A stretch of 64,000 nucleotides of DNA from Mobula hypostoma (lineage: Eukaryota), in contig NC_086097.1 in NCBI RefSeq assembly GCF_963921235.1, positions 206,338,001 through 206,402,000 of the forward strand, written 5' to 3'. Shown one piece after another: positions 11,575-25,474 of this stretch. Position numbers and translations under genes: made by a program. Within the stretch, counting starts at the first letter, position 1. Every line of letters begins with the position of its first letter. Under the pieces are notes generated by a model that saw only the letters and a program-made list of their open reading frames with translations, was not told the origin of the DNA and did not search any database.

Positions 11575-13314
11575 CCTCAACCAAGTGGAACAAGTGCTAC
11601 ACATGTCCTTACGCTTCCTCCCTCACTACCATTCAGGGGCCCAGACAGTCCTTCTATAGAAACATAGAAAATAGGTGCAGGAGTAGGCCATTCGGCCCTC
11701 TGAGCCTGCATCGCAATTCAGTATGATCATGGCTGATCATCCAACTCAGAACCCTGTACCAGCCTTCCCTCCATACCCCCTGATCCCTTTAGCCACAAGG
11801 GCCATATCTAACTCCCTCTTAAATATAGCCAATGAACTGGCCTCAACTGTTTCCTGTGGCAGAAAATTACACAGATTCACCACTCTCTGTGTGAAGAAGT
11901 TTTTCCTAATCTCGGTCCTAAAAGGCTTCCCCTTTATCCTCAAACTGTGACCCCTCGTTCTGGACTTCCCCAACATCGGGAACAATCTTCCTGCATCTAG
12001 CCTGTCCAATCCCTTTAGGATTTCATACGTTTCAATAAGATTTCCCCTCAATCTTCTAAATTCCAACGAGAATAAGCCTAGTCGATCCAATCTTTCATCA
12101 TATGAAAGTCCTGCCATCCCAGGAATCAATCTGGTGAACCTTCTTTGTATTCCCTCTATGTCAAGAATGTCTTTCCTCAGATTAGGGGACCAAAACTGCA
12201 CACAATACTCCAGGTGTGGTCTCACCAAGGCCTTGTACAACTGCAATAGTACCTCCCTGCTCCTGTACTCGAATCCTCTTGCTATAAATGCCAGCATACC
12301 ATTCGCCTTTTTCACCGCCTGCTGTACCTGCATGCCCACTTTCAATGACTGGTGTATAATGACACCCAGGTCTCGTTGCACCTCCCCTTTTCCTAATCGG
12401 CCACCATTCAGATAATAATCTGTTTTCCTGTTCTTACCACCAAAGTGGATAACCTTACATTTATCCACATTAAATTGCATCTGCCATGAATTTGCCCACT
12501 CACTTAACCTATCCAAGTCACCCTGCATCCTCTTAGCATCCTCCTCACAGCTAACACTAAGGCGACACTTCACCTGTGAGTCGGCTGAGGTGATATACTG
12601 CCTCCGGTGCTCCTGATGCGGCCTTCTGTATATTGGCGAGGCCCAATGCAGACTGGGAGATCGTTTCGCCGAGCACCTATGCTCTGTCCGCCAGAGAAAT
12701 CAGCATCTTCCAGTGGCCATACATTTTAATTCCACATCCCATTCCCATTCTGATATGTCTATCCACGGCCTCCTCTACAGTAAAGATGAAGCCACACTCA
12801 GGTTGGAGGAACGACACCTTATATTCCGTCTGAGTAGCCTCCAACCTGATGGCATGAACATTGACTTCTCTAACTTCCGCCAATGCCCCACCTCCTCCCT
12901 GTACCCCATCTGTTATTTATTTATATACACATATTCTTTTTCTCTGTCTCCTTTTCTCCCCCTGTCCCCCTCACTATACCCCTTGCCCATCCTCTGGGCT
13001 TCCCCCCTCCCTCTTTTCTTTCTCCCTAGGCCTCCTGTCCCATGATCCTCTCATATCCCTTTTGCTAATCAACTGTCCAGTTCTTGGCTCCATCCCTCCC
13101 CCTCCTGTCTTCTCCTATCATTTTGGATCTCCCCCTCCCCCTCCCACTTTCAAATCTCTTACTAGCTCTTCTTTCAGTTAGTCCTGATGAAGGGTCTCGG
13201 CCGGAAACATTGACTGTACCTCTTCCTAGAGATGCTGCCTGGCCTACTGCGTTCACCAGCAACTTTTATGTGTGTTGCTTGAAATTCCAGCATCTGCAGA
13301 TTTCCTCGTGTTTG
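11575..13314 (+). mobile_element. Penelope-like retroelement 3' part: GIY-YIG endonuclease plus terminal region with hammerhead, split by a CR1 insertion
   Basis: KCYTCPYASSLTTIQGPRQSF // RHFTCESAEVIYCLRCS*CGLLYIGEAQCRLGDRFAEH...EERHLIFRLSSLQPDGMNIDFSNF. Hammerhead-like motif at 13180-13215. Confidence 0.88.
11655..12559 (-). mobile_element. Young 5'-truncated CR1 LINE with an open 275-aa RT C-terminal frame
   Basis: ORF 11746-12573: WQMQFNVDKCKVIHFG...LYKALVRPHLEYCVQFWSP; (tttctatg)n tail. Confidence 0.93.
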
Positions 13315-14021
13315 TAGTAAAAATATTTGCCAGACTGGAACATGTGCTGATCAAGGTGTTTATAGGGCCTGCTGCAAACAACAAGTTCCCTAAAGAAACT
13401 TCAATCAATTGAATTATGTCTGCTCAAGATTTCTGGAATGCATTGCCTGTGAGTTCTATTTCCCTGCTGGGAGCATTTGGTTACAGTATCACCTTGTCTA
13501 TCCCTCAGTATCTCTAGCCATTATCCTATTCTCTAATGTTATTGCAACTTCAGCAAATTTAGTCTGTTGCACCATCATGTGGTAAGGGATATGTATGCAC
13601 TTACATTCCTAACACAACATTTTGAATTACAAGAATGTTAAGGAAAAGAATTAATGGTGAGTTTGCACTTAACAATAGTAAAACAATACTTAGAGCACTT
13701 TGTGTAGATTTAATTACATTAAAGCTAATAAAACTGTAAAACAGTGATTCTCCTCAAATTTGATAGAATACTGAAGGCCATGCATACTGGAGTAAAATGT
13801 GAGAAAATTAGCTTAAAGTAAGTGTAGGTATCTACCAATAGACATGACAATAATGCTGAAGTGTTTTGATTTGCTTTTTTTTTGCACTGAGGAGAGAGCT
13901 TGATTTTTTTTGAATGGGTTCCATTGTTTTCTTTGTTTTGTGGCTGTCTGTGGAGAAGATGAATCCCAGGGTTGTATACTGTGTACTTTTGAACTTTGAA
14001 ATGGAAATATGGGTACCATAA

Positions 14022-14345
14022 GGCAGCAGAAAATAGTTAGCAGAATGGTTAGTATAGCGCTTTACAGTGCCAGCAATCAGTTGATTGGAGTTCAATTCTG
14101 GCTGCTGTCTCTAAGGAGTGAGTATGTTCTCACTGAGACCATGTGACTTTCCTCCAACTGCTCTGGTTTCCTCCCACGTTCCATTGACATATGGTTAGGA
14201 TAAGTTGTGGGCATTCTATGTTAGAGCAAGAAGCATGGTGACACTTGTGGGCTACCCCAGCACAGTTGGTGTCAATGAGTTGTTCATTGACACCAACAAT
14301 GCTATTTTCTGTATGTTTCGATGTACATCTGACAAATAAAAGCTA
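14022..14345 (+). mobile_element. tRNA-derived SINE (V-SINE-like)
   Basis: A/B boxes, ctctggtttcctcccac core, gatgtacatctgacaaataaa tail. Confidence 0.75.
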
Positions 14346-14351
14346 CTCTTA

Positions 14352-14500
14352 AGCAACTCATGCAAATGCTGGAAGAATTTATGAGATCAGGCAGGATCTA
14401 TGGAAAAGAGTAAACAGTCAACATTTCAGGTTGTGACCCTTCATTGGGACTGAGAGGGAAGGGGGAGGATGCCTGAAATAAAAGTTAGGGGAGGAGAAAA
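14352..14500 (-). mobile_element. PLE terminal fragment with degenerate hammerhead
   Basis: cagtcaacatttcaggttgtgacccttcattgggactg is a diverged reverse complement of the hammerhead motif. Confidence 0.7.
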
Positions 14501-14789
14501 AGCAAATCTTTATCTTTAAATGGATAGACAATGAAGGATTATCTCTAGCATGCAAAATACACTTGCCAGGCCTGAGATTCTTTGATCTACTTTGGAGAGT
14601 AGTGTATCAGCTGCAAATGCTTTGATAACTAGTTTAAAATAGACCTCTGCAACCTCTTATAATGCAATCTGTTTATTCAAAGACCAGGAAGTCTGCCTTG
14701 CCAGTTTGGAAATCTGACACCTATGGATTATTTTGGTTTGAAACAGAAAACTTCACCATTTCTTGTAGTGTACTGTTCACAAAAAGCTC

Positions 14790-17025
14790 TCAGAAATTTC
14801 AACAGATGTACTGTGGAGAGCATTCTAGCTGGTTGCATCAACTCATGATATGGAGGCAGGATCAAAAAAAGGTGCAGGAATATTTAAATTCAGCTAACTC
14901 CATCAAGGCCACTAGCCTCTCCAGCATTGAGGACATCTTCAAAAGGTGATGTCTCAAAAAGGCAGCATCCATCATTAAGGACACCCATCACCTAGGATAT
15001 AGACAATAGACAATAGCTACAGGAGTAGGCCATTCAGCCCTTCAAGCCAGCACCACCATTCACTGTGATCATGGCTGATCATCCACAATCAGTACCCTTT
15101 TCCTGCCTTCTCCCCATATCCCTTCACTCTGCTATCTTTAAGAGCTCTATCTAACTCTTTCTTGAAAGAATCTGGAGAATTGGCCTTCACTGCCTTCTGA
15201 GGCAGAGCATTCCACAGAACCACAACCCTCTGAATGAAAAAGTTTTTCCTCAACTCGGTTCTAAATGGTCTACCCCTTATTCTTAAACTGTGGCCTCTGG
15301 TTCTGGATTCCCCCAACATCGGGAGCATGTTTCCTGCCTCTAGTGTGTCCAATCCCTTAATAATCTTATATGTTTCAATCAGATCCCCTCTCATCCTTCT
15401 AAATTCCAGTGTATACAAGCCCAGTCACTCCAATCTTTCAACATATGACAGTCTTGCCATCCCGGGAATTAACCTTGTGAACCTACTTTGCACTCCCTCA
15501 ATAGCTAGAATGTCCTTCCTCAAATCTGGAGACCAAAACTGTACACAATACTCCAGGTGTGGTCTCACCAGGGCCCTGTACAGCTGCAGAAGGACCTCTT
15601 TGCTCTATTCTCAACTCCCCTTGTTATGAAGGCCAACATGCCATTAGACTTCTTCACTGCATGCTTACTTTCAGTGACTGATGAACAAGGACACCCAGAT
15701 CTCGTTGTACTTCCCCTTTTCCTAACTTGACACCATTCAGGTAGTAATCTGCCTTTCTATTCTTGCCTCCAAAGTGGATAACCTCACATTTATCCACATT
15801 AAACTGCATCTGCCATGCATCTGCCCACTCATCCAACCTGTCCAAGTCACCCTGCATTCCATTAACATCCTCCTCACATTTCACACTGCCACCCAGCTTT
15901 GTGTCATCTGCAAATTTTCTAATGTTACTTTTAATTCCTTCATCTAAATCATTAATGTATATTGTAAATAGCTGCGGTCCCAGCAAAGAGCCTTGCAGTA
16001 CCCCACTAGTCACTTCCTACCATTCTGAAAAGGACCCATTAATCCCTACTCTTTCTTTCCTGTCTGCCAACCAATTTTCTATCCATGTCAGTACCCTACC
16101 CCCAATACCATTTGCTACTAATTTTGCCCACTAATCTCCTATGTGGGACTTTATCAAAGGCTTTCTGAAAGTCCAGGTACACTACATCCACTGGCTTTCC
16201 CATGTCCATTTTCATAGTTACATTCTCAAAAGGTTCCAGAAAATTAGTCAAGCATGATTTCCCCTTCGTAAATCCATGCTGACTCAGACCTATCCTGCTA
16301 CTGCTATCCAAATATGCTGCTATTTCATCTTTTATAATTGATGCCAGCATCTTCCCCACCACTGATGTCAGACTAATTGGTCTATAATTGCCTGTTTTCT
16401 CTCTCCATCCTTTCTTAAAAAGTGGGATAACATTAGCTACCCTCCAATCTGCAGGACCTAATCCTGAATCTATAGGACATTGGAAAATGATTACCAATGC
16501 GTCCACGATTTCTAGAGCCACCTCCTTAAGTAGCCTGGGATGCAGACCATCAGGCCCTGGGGATTTATCAGCATTCAGTCCCACCAGTTTATCCAACACC
16601 ATTTTCTGCCTGATGTGAATTTCTTTCAGTTCCTCTGTTACCCTAGGTCCTTTGGCCACTATTACACCTGGGAGATTGTTTGTGTCTTCCCTAGTGAAGA
16701 CAGACATGCTCTCTTATCATTGCTACCATCAAGGTGGAGGTACAGGAGCATAAAGACACACACTCAAAATTTCAGGAACAGCTTCTTTCCCTCTGTCATC
16801 AGATTTCTGAATGGGCAATGAACCCATGAACACTACCTCACTTTTTTTTTACTTTCTTCTCTATTTTTACTACGTATTTAATTTTATTTTCCTTTTTATA
16901 TATGCTTATTATTGTAATTTATAGTTTATGATTATTATTATGTACTGCAATGTAATGCTGTTACAAAACAAATTTCACACATATGCTAGTGACATTAAAA
17001 CTAATTCTAATTATTCTGATTCTGA
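14790..17025 (+). mobile_element. Rex1/Babar 3' fragment (14790-14997 and 16703-17025), split by CR1
   Basis: ...ASIIKDTHHLG // HALLSLLPSRWRYRSIKTHTQNFRNSFFPSVIRFLN; (attctg)n tail. Confidence 0.8.
14998..16702 (-). mobile_element. CR1 LINE, 3' 1.7 kb including RT domain (frameshifted)
   Basis: GNYRPISLTSVVGK, YLDFQKAFDKVPH, QGSLLGPQLF, KFADDTKL; (ctattgt)n tail. Confidence 0.93.
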
Positions 17026-17027
17026 TT

Positions 17028-17412
17028 TGGAGGATGAGAAGTGACCTGATAGAGGTGTACAAGATGATGAGATGCATTGATTGTGTGGATAGTCAGAGGC
17101 TTTTTCCCAGGGCTGAAATGGCTAGCATGAGAGGGCACAGTTTTAAGATACTTGGAAGTAGCTACAGAGGAGATGTCAGGGGTAAGTTTTTTACGCAGAG
17201 AGTGGTGAGTGCGTGGAATGGGCTGCCGGCGACAGTGGTGGAGGCGGAATCGATAGGGTCTTTTAAGAGTCTCCTGGATAGGTGCATGGAGCTTAGAAAA
17301 ATAGAGGGCTATGGGTAATCCTAGGTAATTCTATGGTAAAGACATGTTCGGCACAGCTTTGTGGGCCGAAGGGCCTGTATTGTGCTGTAGGTTTTCTATG
17401 TTTCTGTTCTAA
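17028..17412 (+). mobile_element. CR1 3' end (subfamily shared with 21280-21771 and 53672-54447)
   Basis: RMRSDLIEVYKMMR...KFFTQRVVSAWN; ttctatgt tail. Confidence 0.88.
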
Positions 17413-18149
17413 ACATAAAAAGCAGAGAGTTAATGTTTTTCTTGTCAGGGTCATGTCATTTGTTATCTTCTTCTCTGACCTGCTAAAAGAAAGAACTCAA
17501 GGTTGTCTGGTAGTAGTTGAATACAAGATGTCATAGAGTTATATGATTAGCTTTACACACCCATTAGGGAAAGGGAACATTAAAAAAGGAAACCCTGATC
17601 AACAGAAAAGAAGTGTTCACTTACTGAAGTAACATCCAGAAAATGCTTGTAAACTACCAAAGGATCTACCACTACTAACCTCACTCTTCAAAAGTGGGAG
17701 GACCATAGCAAAGGAGTTGGAAGATATCACTTAGTAACCCCACCAAGTCTGCATGGAACAGTTATGAATAATACAATGCTTTTACTGGGATCCTTAGAGT
17801 GAACCATGTCTGTGAGGTTTGGGCTGTAATTTCTTTCTCTTGCTATGTTGCTGTTTGCTCCATATTGAACTGCTCTAGATTTTGAGATTTCTGCAACTGG
17901 AGGAATAGCCACAACAGCAGTAGTAATCAACAGACGAATAAGATTTTGTATAAGAAGTGGAAGTAAGGGATGATGCTCCAGGGCCTTGTAGCAATATATC
18001 AGGAAGCAGTTGATCAATTGGTGATTTTGCTGTCCCATCCTGAAAATTTACAAACTTATAATTTCTAGATGTATTCATTATTACTTCCTTGATCCTCCAT
18101 TGGAAAACATTGAAATTCAAAATCAAAGATGATTTTAAGTTGCTGAAAC

Positions 18150-19830
18150 TTAAGTGCATCTAACTTCAACTCCTGACTGACAAAGTCCAGGAACTGGAGC
18201 TAGAGCTGGATGCACTCAAGACCATCTGGGAGACTGAAAACTTTATAGATGATACTTATTCTGAGGTGCAGACTTCAGATGTGTGAGCTCCAGGAGAAGT
18301 AACTGGAGTAAGCAGTTAGTGCAGGTTCTCCTGTGGCCATTTCCCTCAGCATCAGGTATAGACCTTTAGTTAGTGCAGACGGGGTGTGCTGACCTATCGG
18401 GACACAGCAGCAGCAGCCAGGCCAGTGTTTCTCACGCTTAACATGGAAGAGTGAAGTCAGGCATTGTGATAATGATAGGAGACTCGATAGCTAGAGGGAC
18501 GGGCAGCAGGTTCTGTGGCTGGGAAAGAGAAAGTAGGATGGCGCTAGGGTCCAGGATGTCTCAGAGCAGCTGCAGAAGATTCTCAAGAGGAAGGGTGAGT
18601 GGCAAGAGGCTCTGGTGCATGTTGGCACCAATAACATGAGTAGAAAGAGGGAAGGGGTACTGCACAGTGAGTCTAGGGACTTGGGGAAGATGTTGAAGAG
18701 CAGGACCTTCAAGATGGTAATCTCTTGATTACTCCCAGTACTATGTCCTTGCCAGGAAAGAAAGAGGATGATAGCAAAGATGAATAAGTGGCTGAGGATG
18801 TGGTGCAGAGGGGCAGAGTTTCAGATTTCTGGATCATTGAGATCTCCACTGTGGAATGTGTGACCTGCATGAAAAGAACGGTTCACACCTGAACCCAAGG
18901 ATGTCCAATATCCTTGTGGGCAGGATTGCCAGAGCTGTTCAGAAAGGTTTAAACTAAGATGGCAGGGGAATGGAAACCAAAGTAATAGGGCTGAGGTTGG
19001 GGTACAAGTAGTTGGTATACAAGTGGATGCAGTGTGTAGTGAAACTGTCAGGAAGGAGAGGCAGATGATAGAGCAAAACTGCAGTCAGTGGGATGAGTTG
19101 AAGTGTAACATGGGTGGAAAATTGAAAAGGGTGATGAATACAGGACTGAATATTTTGCATTGGAATGCACACAACATACGGAATAATGCTGATGATCTTA
19201 TAACGCAGCTAGAGATTGGCAGGTATGACGTTGTGGGCATCGCCGAGTTGTGGCTGAAAGAAAATAAAAATTGGGAGTTTAACATCCAAAGATACGCATT
19301 ATAATAAAAGGACAGGCAGATTGGCAGAGAAGGTGGGATGGCTTGTTGGTTTAAAAAAAAATGAAGTTAAATCCTTAGAAAGAGGTGACATAGGATCAGA
19401 AGATGTAGAATCCTTGTGGGTAGAATTAAGGAGCTGAAAGATTAAAAAGCCCCTGATGAGAGTTATACACAGGCCTCCAACAATAACCAGGACGTGGGCT
19501 ACAAATTATAACAGGAGACAGAAAAGGCATACAAAAAAGGGCAATGTTACATCAGTCATGGAGTATTTCAATATGCAGGTAGATTGGGAATATGAGGTTG
19601 GTGCTGGATACTAAGAGATGGAATTTGTAGAATGCCTACGGGATGGCTTTTTAGAGCTGCTTTTGTTTGAGCCCACTGGGGAAAGGTAATTCTGGATTCT
19701 GGACAGGAGGATGAGTTGTTGATAGTGAGGAAGATTACAGTGGTATTTTGATCAGTTAGGGAAGTGGATCAAGGAGTAACAAATGGATTTCAATACAGAT
19801 AAATGTGAAGAGATGCATTTTGAAAAGTCA
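18150..19830 (+). mobile_element. CR1 ORF1 (SGNH esterase-like) and ORF2 APE endonuclease remnant
   Basis: IGDSIARG, VHVGTNN and HLN motifs, then WNAHNIRN...YDVVGIAELWL. Confidence 0.82.
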
Positions 19831-20169
19831 TTAACTGTTCAGATGCCTTTGATATTGTTATGGTTCATGTCTCCATCACCTATGTTGGTAGTTCATTCTG
19901 ATACCAAAAAATCTGTGTGACAAATGTAATCCTCAAATTGTCCTCCCTCTCACCTTAAACCTATGCCATCTAGTTTTAGACACCACAACTACAGGAAATG
20001 GATTCTGTTTATCTACCATATCTTTGTCTCTCATCATTTTATGTAACTCTATTATGTTTCCTCTCATTCACCTTTGTTCTAGGAAAACCAGATCTAGGGT
20101 ATCCAACTTCTTCTTATGACTCAAACACCCTAATCATCCTTGCAAATCATTTTTTACACCTATTCTACT

Positions 20170-20725
20170 TCATTCCATCTTGTTAGCCTCCAACCTGAAG
20201 ACATGGATTTCTTACTTCCTGCAATTACTTCCATCCGTTTCACACCACTAGTCCCCACAATACATTCATTTTCCGTTCTCCACTCTGGATATCCTCTCAC
20301 TCCTTCTCTTCTCCTCCCCTGGCCTTATGACCAGTCCATCACTTCACTCTGGTTTCCCTCCACCTCCTCTTTCTTTCATGGTCCACCTTCCTCACCTGTT
20401 ATATTTCTTCTCCTTCTTCAGCTCTTTACTTCTTCCACATATCACCTCCCAGCTTCTTACATCATCCCCCTCCCCTACCAACCTCCTTCCCCCCCTCACC
20501 TATCACCTGTCAGCTTGACCTCTTCTCTTTCTCCTCCCCTGGCCCCACCTTCTTTTCCTGGCTTCTGCCCCCTTTCTTTCCAGTCCTGAAGAAGAGACTT
20601 GGGTGGAAATGTAGACTGCTAACTTATTCCCACCACGAAGATGCTTGCTGACCTGTTGAGTTCTTCCAGCAGTTTGTGTGTGTTGCTCAAGATTTTCAGC
20701 ATCTGCAGAATCTATTGTGTTTTAG
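20170..20725 (+). mobile_element. PLE 3' fragment with degenerate hammerhead (20581-20617)
   Basis: LQPEDMDF, pyrimidine-rich region, cagtcctgaagaag...gaaatgtagactg, PLE terminus. Confidence 0.72.
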
Positions 20726-22640
20726 TACAAATGTAACATGACGTCACCACTCTTGTATTCATTGTCTCAGTTGATAGAGCATGTACACAACATGCCTACT
20801 TCAACACCCTGGCTACCCATGTTGAGACTTTCGGAGAACTACGTATTTGTACCTCTAGGTCCTGCTGTTGAACAGCACTCCCAAGAGCCCTCCCATTCAC
20901 TGTGTATGACTTGGCCTGGTTTAATTTCCCAAAATCCATCTGATCACACTTTTCCAATTTAAATTTTGTCTGCTATTTCCTTTCCAACTTTTCCACTTGA
21001 CCTATATTCTCTTGTAATCTTAATTTTCTTCACTATCCACTATATTACCAATCCTCATGTCATCTGCTAACTTACTAACCTTGCCAGCTACATTCTTATC
21101 CACATCATTAGTACATGTATAACAAACCCACCTCAGTTCCTATGGCATACTACTGGTCATAGGACTACAATTTGGAAAACAACCCTCATAACCACTTTCT
21201 AATCCCACCAGCAAACAAATTTATATCCAATTGACTAGCTGTTTACTAACCTCCTGGACCAGACTACCATGTAGAACCCACCTCACTACAGGAAGGATGT
21301 GGATACTATAGAGAATGTGCAGAGGAGACTTTCAAGGATGTTGCCTGGATTGCAGAGCGTGAGTTATGAGAATAGTTTGCATGAACTTGGCTTTTTTCTC
21401 TTTGGACTGATGGAGGATGAGAGGTGACATGATAGAGGTGTATAAGATGATGAGAAGCATTGATTGTGTGGATAGCTAGAGGCTTTTTCCCAGGGCTGAA
21501 ATGGCTAACACAAGGGTTTGGGAGTAGGTACAAAAGGGATGTCAGGGTTATGTTTTTCACACAGAGAGTGGTGGGTACATTGCTAGTGATGGTGGTGCAG
21601 CCAGATACTATAGGGTCTTTTAAGAGACTCCTAGATAAGTTCATGGAGCTTAGAAAAATAGAGGGCAATGCAGTAGGGAAATCCTAGGCAGTTTCTAGAG
21701 CAGGTTACATGGTTAGCATAACATTGTGGGCTGAAGGGCCTGTAATGTGCTGTAGATTTCTATGTTCTATGTCAAAGACATTGCCAAAGACTATGCAGAC
21801 AATATCTTCTGCTCTATCCCTCGTGAGTTCTTTTGGTCACCCCTTCAAACACTCAATCAATCTCATGAAATATAATTTATATACACAAATGCATGCTAGC
21901 TATTCCAAAATCAGTCCTTGCCTTTCTAAAATCAAATGAATTCTGTCTTTCAGAATCCCTTTCAAAGAATTTTCCACTATTAATGTAAAACTCACTGAAC
22001 TGTAGTTTGCTGGCATATCTTTGCTGTCTCTCTTAGGTAAAGGCACAACATTAACTTTCCAGTACATCAGCTGTGGCTAACAAACTTATAAAAGTCTCTG
22101 CCTGGACCCCAGCAATCATGTCTCTTTCTTCCTATAACATCTTCCGGGGATTAATGCACTTCTATGTATCTCAAGACCTCTAATACATCCTGTCTCTCAT
22201 GTTGATGTGCTCCTGGCTATCACTGTTTTGTCTGTCAGTCTTCTAAAACATTCTATGGGTAACTACCAATGAAAAGTATTAATTGAGGAATTTGTCCATT
22301 TCTGATGACTTCACACATTGATTATCACACCAAACCTTAAAGGGGCCTACTCTTTCCCTTGCTACCCTTTTCACTTAACATACTTATAGAATCTTTATAA
22401 ATTTATTTTATCTGTTAAGGATAGCTTATAGCCCATTTCTTCCCTTCTAACTTCATTTTTAAGTGTTCTCCTTCTGTCTCATTGATCCCAGCTGTTTATA
22501 GCTGTTTATCTCCCTCTTCTTCCAGACTAGTCCCTCAATATTACTCATCAATCAAGGTTCCATAACTTTGCCAGTCTTGTCCTTCACTCTAACAGGAACT
22601 CTCTGAGCTTGAATTCTTTTCAAAGCCTCCCACTTGCATG
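20726..22640 (-). mobile_element. Old CR1 ORF2 remnant, interrupted by a younger CR1
   Basis: Degenerate RT-like sequence (gtcatctgctaactt reads KLADD on the minus strand). Confidence 0.6.
21280..21771 (+). mobile_element. CR1 3' fragment nested in an older CR1
   Basis: PHYRKDVDTIE...FFTQRVV; ttctatgttctatg tail. Confidence 0.85.
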
Positions 22641-23280
22641 CCTGACTTGACCCCTAAAACAGACGCTTTACTGCAAGCTCGGTCATCAGAAGAGATTACC
22701 AGAAGTAAGACAATCAGACAGTAGGCCTTTGCAAGTATGCCTACCATTGCGTGTTATTTGCAGCTTCTTCATTCAAACAATACTTACAGAAATTTAGAGT
22801 AAGGGTGGTATGCCAGTGGATGTGCTGAGTGCCAAACTTACATTAATGTAACTTAGGAATTTCCAGGGAACCTCCAGGATGGAAGAGCATCACAAAACCA
22901 AACAGTTAATATCTGAGCATGAATCTCACTTTCCCTGTATGGTCAACTGGACCATCGAGCAGTCTGGCTATATATTCCTTGTCTAATATTAGTTCAAATC
23001 AACTGCACCTGCATCTGCCATTAACATTATTCTGTTGGCTTCAGATTTTGGCTTTCATCTAGACAATTTCATCAGTTCTGCCAAACAGTCCAAACTGATT
23101 TTTTGACTGTTTCAGGGATGCACTGTTTTATTTCCCTTTTTCTGTGCATCAACTCAGCAATGATTCAGGTAGGCCTCTAGCCTAATATTCTTTCTCATGT
23201 CACCCTCCATATGCACTTCAGCTTCAGGGATGACAGAGTTGACAGATGATGAGTTGGACTAACCCATGCTTATATTCTGG

Positions 23281-23507
23281 GCAAGGGGGAGGACACCAGA
23301 ATAAAAGGGTTGGGGGAGCGGAAGGAGGATAGTTAAAAGGTATAGGTGCAGCAAAGTGGGTAGGAGAGTCTGCCCAGCTGGCTTCACCTATGGCTTTCAA
23401 TCTCTCCTCCTTCCCCTCCCCCCACTCTCTTATTCTGGAATCTTCCCCCTTCCTTTCCAGTTCTGAAGAAGTGTCTCGGCCTGAAACATCGACTGTTTAT
23501 TCATTTT
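23281..23507. mobile_element. Older PLE fold-back, with hammerhead-like motif at 23458-23495
   Basis: A purine-rich arm followed by its diverged complement; cagttctgaagaagtgtctcggcctgaaacatcgactg. Confidence 0.65.
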
Positions 23508-23619
23508 GAATTTGAATTTTCAATTCAATTGAATTTTACAAATTTGTATAAGTATCGATGGTGGATGCAGCGTGGATGTTTTTCTTAATGGAGGCCCAGA
23601 GAATAAAGGGTATTTATTT

Positions 23620-23910
23620 ATTTACAGATTCAATGCAGAACAGGCCATTCCTACCCATTGAGTTGCACCGCCCAGCAACCCACTGATTTGACCCTAGTTT
23701 AATCACAGGACAGTTTACAATGACCAATTAACCTACTAACTAGTACATCTTTTGACTGTGGAAGGAAACTGGAGTACCTGGAGGAAATCCACACGCATAC
23801 GGGAAGGAACATAGAAAATTGCTTACAGAGGATGCCAGAATTGAACTCTGAACTCCAACACCCTGAGCTATAATAGCTTTGTGCAAGCTGTAATGCTACT
23901 CTGGTGCTCC
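23620..23910 (-). mobile_element. tRNA-derived SINE with CR1-like tail
   Basis: Core shared with 2150-2285; B-box-like gttcaattc on the minus strand. Confidence 0.7.
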
Positions 23911-24129
23911 AAGGCTATTTAGAACTGAGAGGGGAAGTAATTTCTCCAGCTGGAGGGTAAATTCTCCACCCTGGAGGAATGTTGGGTTTCAATCATTGAG
24001 TTCATTTAAACCAGGGAATAATGGATTTCTGGATGTTGAGCACATAAAGGGGTAGAGTTACTGTGCAGGAATATCGAACTAGGTAAATGATCGGTAAAGG
24101 ACATGCTGAACTTGATCTCTCCCCAGCAG

Positions 24130-24548
24130 TATCTACATAATGCTCTGCCTCAGGAAGGCAACATCTATCATCAAAGATACCCACCATCCAGGCCATGCCA
24201 TTTTCTTGCAGCTGTCATCAATAAGGAGATACAGAAGTCTGAATTTCCACACCGCCTGGTTCAAAAACAGCTGCTTCAGCTGTTCATTTCTTGAATCAAC
24301 CTGCACAGCCCTAATTGCTACTTCTGCATAGCAACACTATGACCATTTTGTACTACTATGGAAATTTTGTTTGTTCTGATTAGTTCTTTCGTGTAAACAA
24401 TGTGGATAATTAATGTTTAATTTATGTTTTTCTTGTGATTGCTGCTTATCTGAAGCTACGTACTCGAGATGCTGCTGCTCATCACCTCTGCGTGCATGTA
24501 TTTGTGCATTTGACAATAAACTCATCTTTGACTTTGACTTTGACTTTG
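24130..24548 (+). mobile_element. Rex1/Babar 3' end
   Basis: CLRKATSIIKDTHHPGHAIF...RRYRSL...FKNSCF; (tttgac)n tail. Confidence 0.75.
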
Positions 24549-25474
24549 CATGGCAGAGCAGGCTCAAGGAACGAGTTGGCCTGCTCCTGCTCCTATTTGT
24601 AATGTTCTTAAAGCCACTTTATATTTTTCTCTCTGTGTGTTTCGGAGAATGCAAAGTGAAACCCATTACACAAATGAAGGTAGCTGATAATTTTTGTTTC
24701 AGTAACCTGACAATGCTTTGTCATAGCACAGATACAGGCCCTTTGGCTCATTCAGTCCACACTGACCATCAACCAGCAATTGACACTAATCTTATATTAA
24801 TCCCACTTTCTCACGGATTTCACCCCCTGCCAGGTTGTATCATCTATCTATGCACCAGAGGCAATTTACAGAGGCCATTTAATCTACGTTGCAATCATCT
24901 TTGGCAGGTGAGAGGAAAGTGGAGCTTGCCCTACTATCATATTCAATATTCCATTTTTCTATGCAACTGCATATAAACTATAAAGTCTATATCAATCACA
25001 GAGTCACCCTATTCCTTGAGTAATTTAGCCTGTAACCCATTCTCATCACATTTCCACCAGCTCCCCTGAGGCTCTATCATTAACCTGACACAGAGAAATT
25101 CTGAGCGAACTTGTCAAGTCACACCTCTTTGCAACATCGATGGAAAGTGGAGCATCTAGAAGGAAAGTATGTAAACTCTACACATGCAGGATTGAAATCA
25201 GGATTGAACCCAGGTTTTTGGTGCTGTTGGGAAGTGGCTCTACTAGCTGCACTATTCTGCTGCCCAATGTTGTTACTAGATACCTTGGAAAATCCCATCA
25301 TAGTTTCCTCATTCCTTTTTTCAGTCTGAGCTAGTATTCCTCTTGAGGTAGTTCATTCCTCTTCCTCATGAATCCAACAGTACTAACTTCAGGCTATAAA
25401 ACCAGTGACTTGAAGGAACTATTTATGAGTGATTATTTTAATACAAATTACCCTGTGATAGTACTGATGACCAA

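Noticed and set aside
24413..24976. 187-aa plus-strand ORF
   Set aside because: Runs across Rex1 tail, CR1 tail and SINE fragments; a chance open frame.
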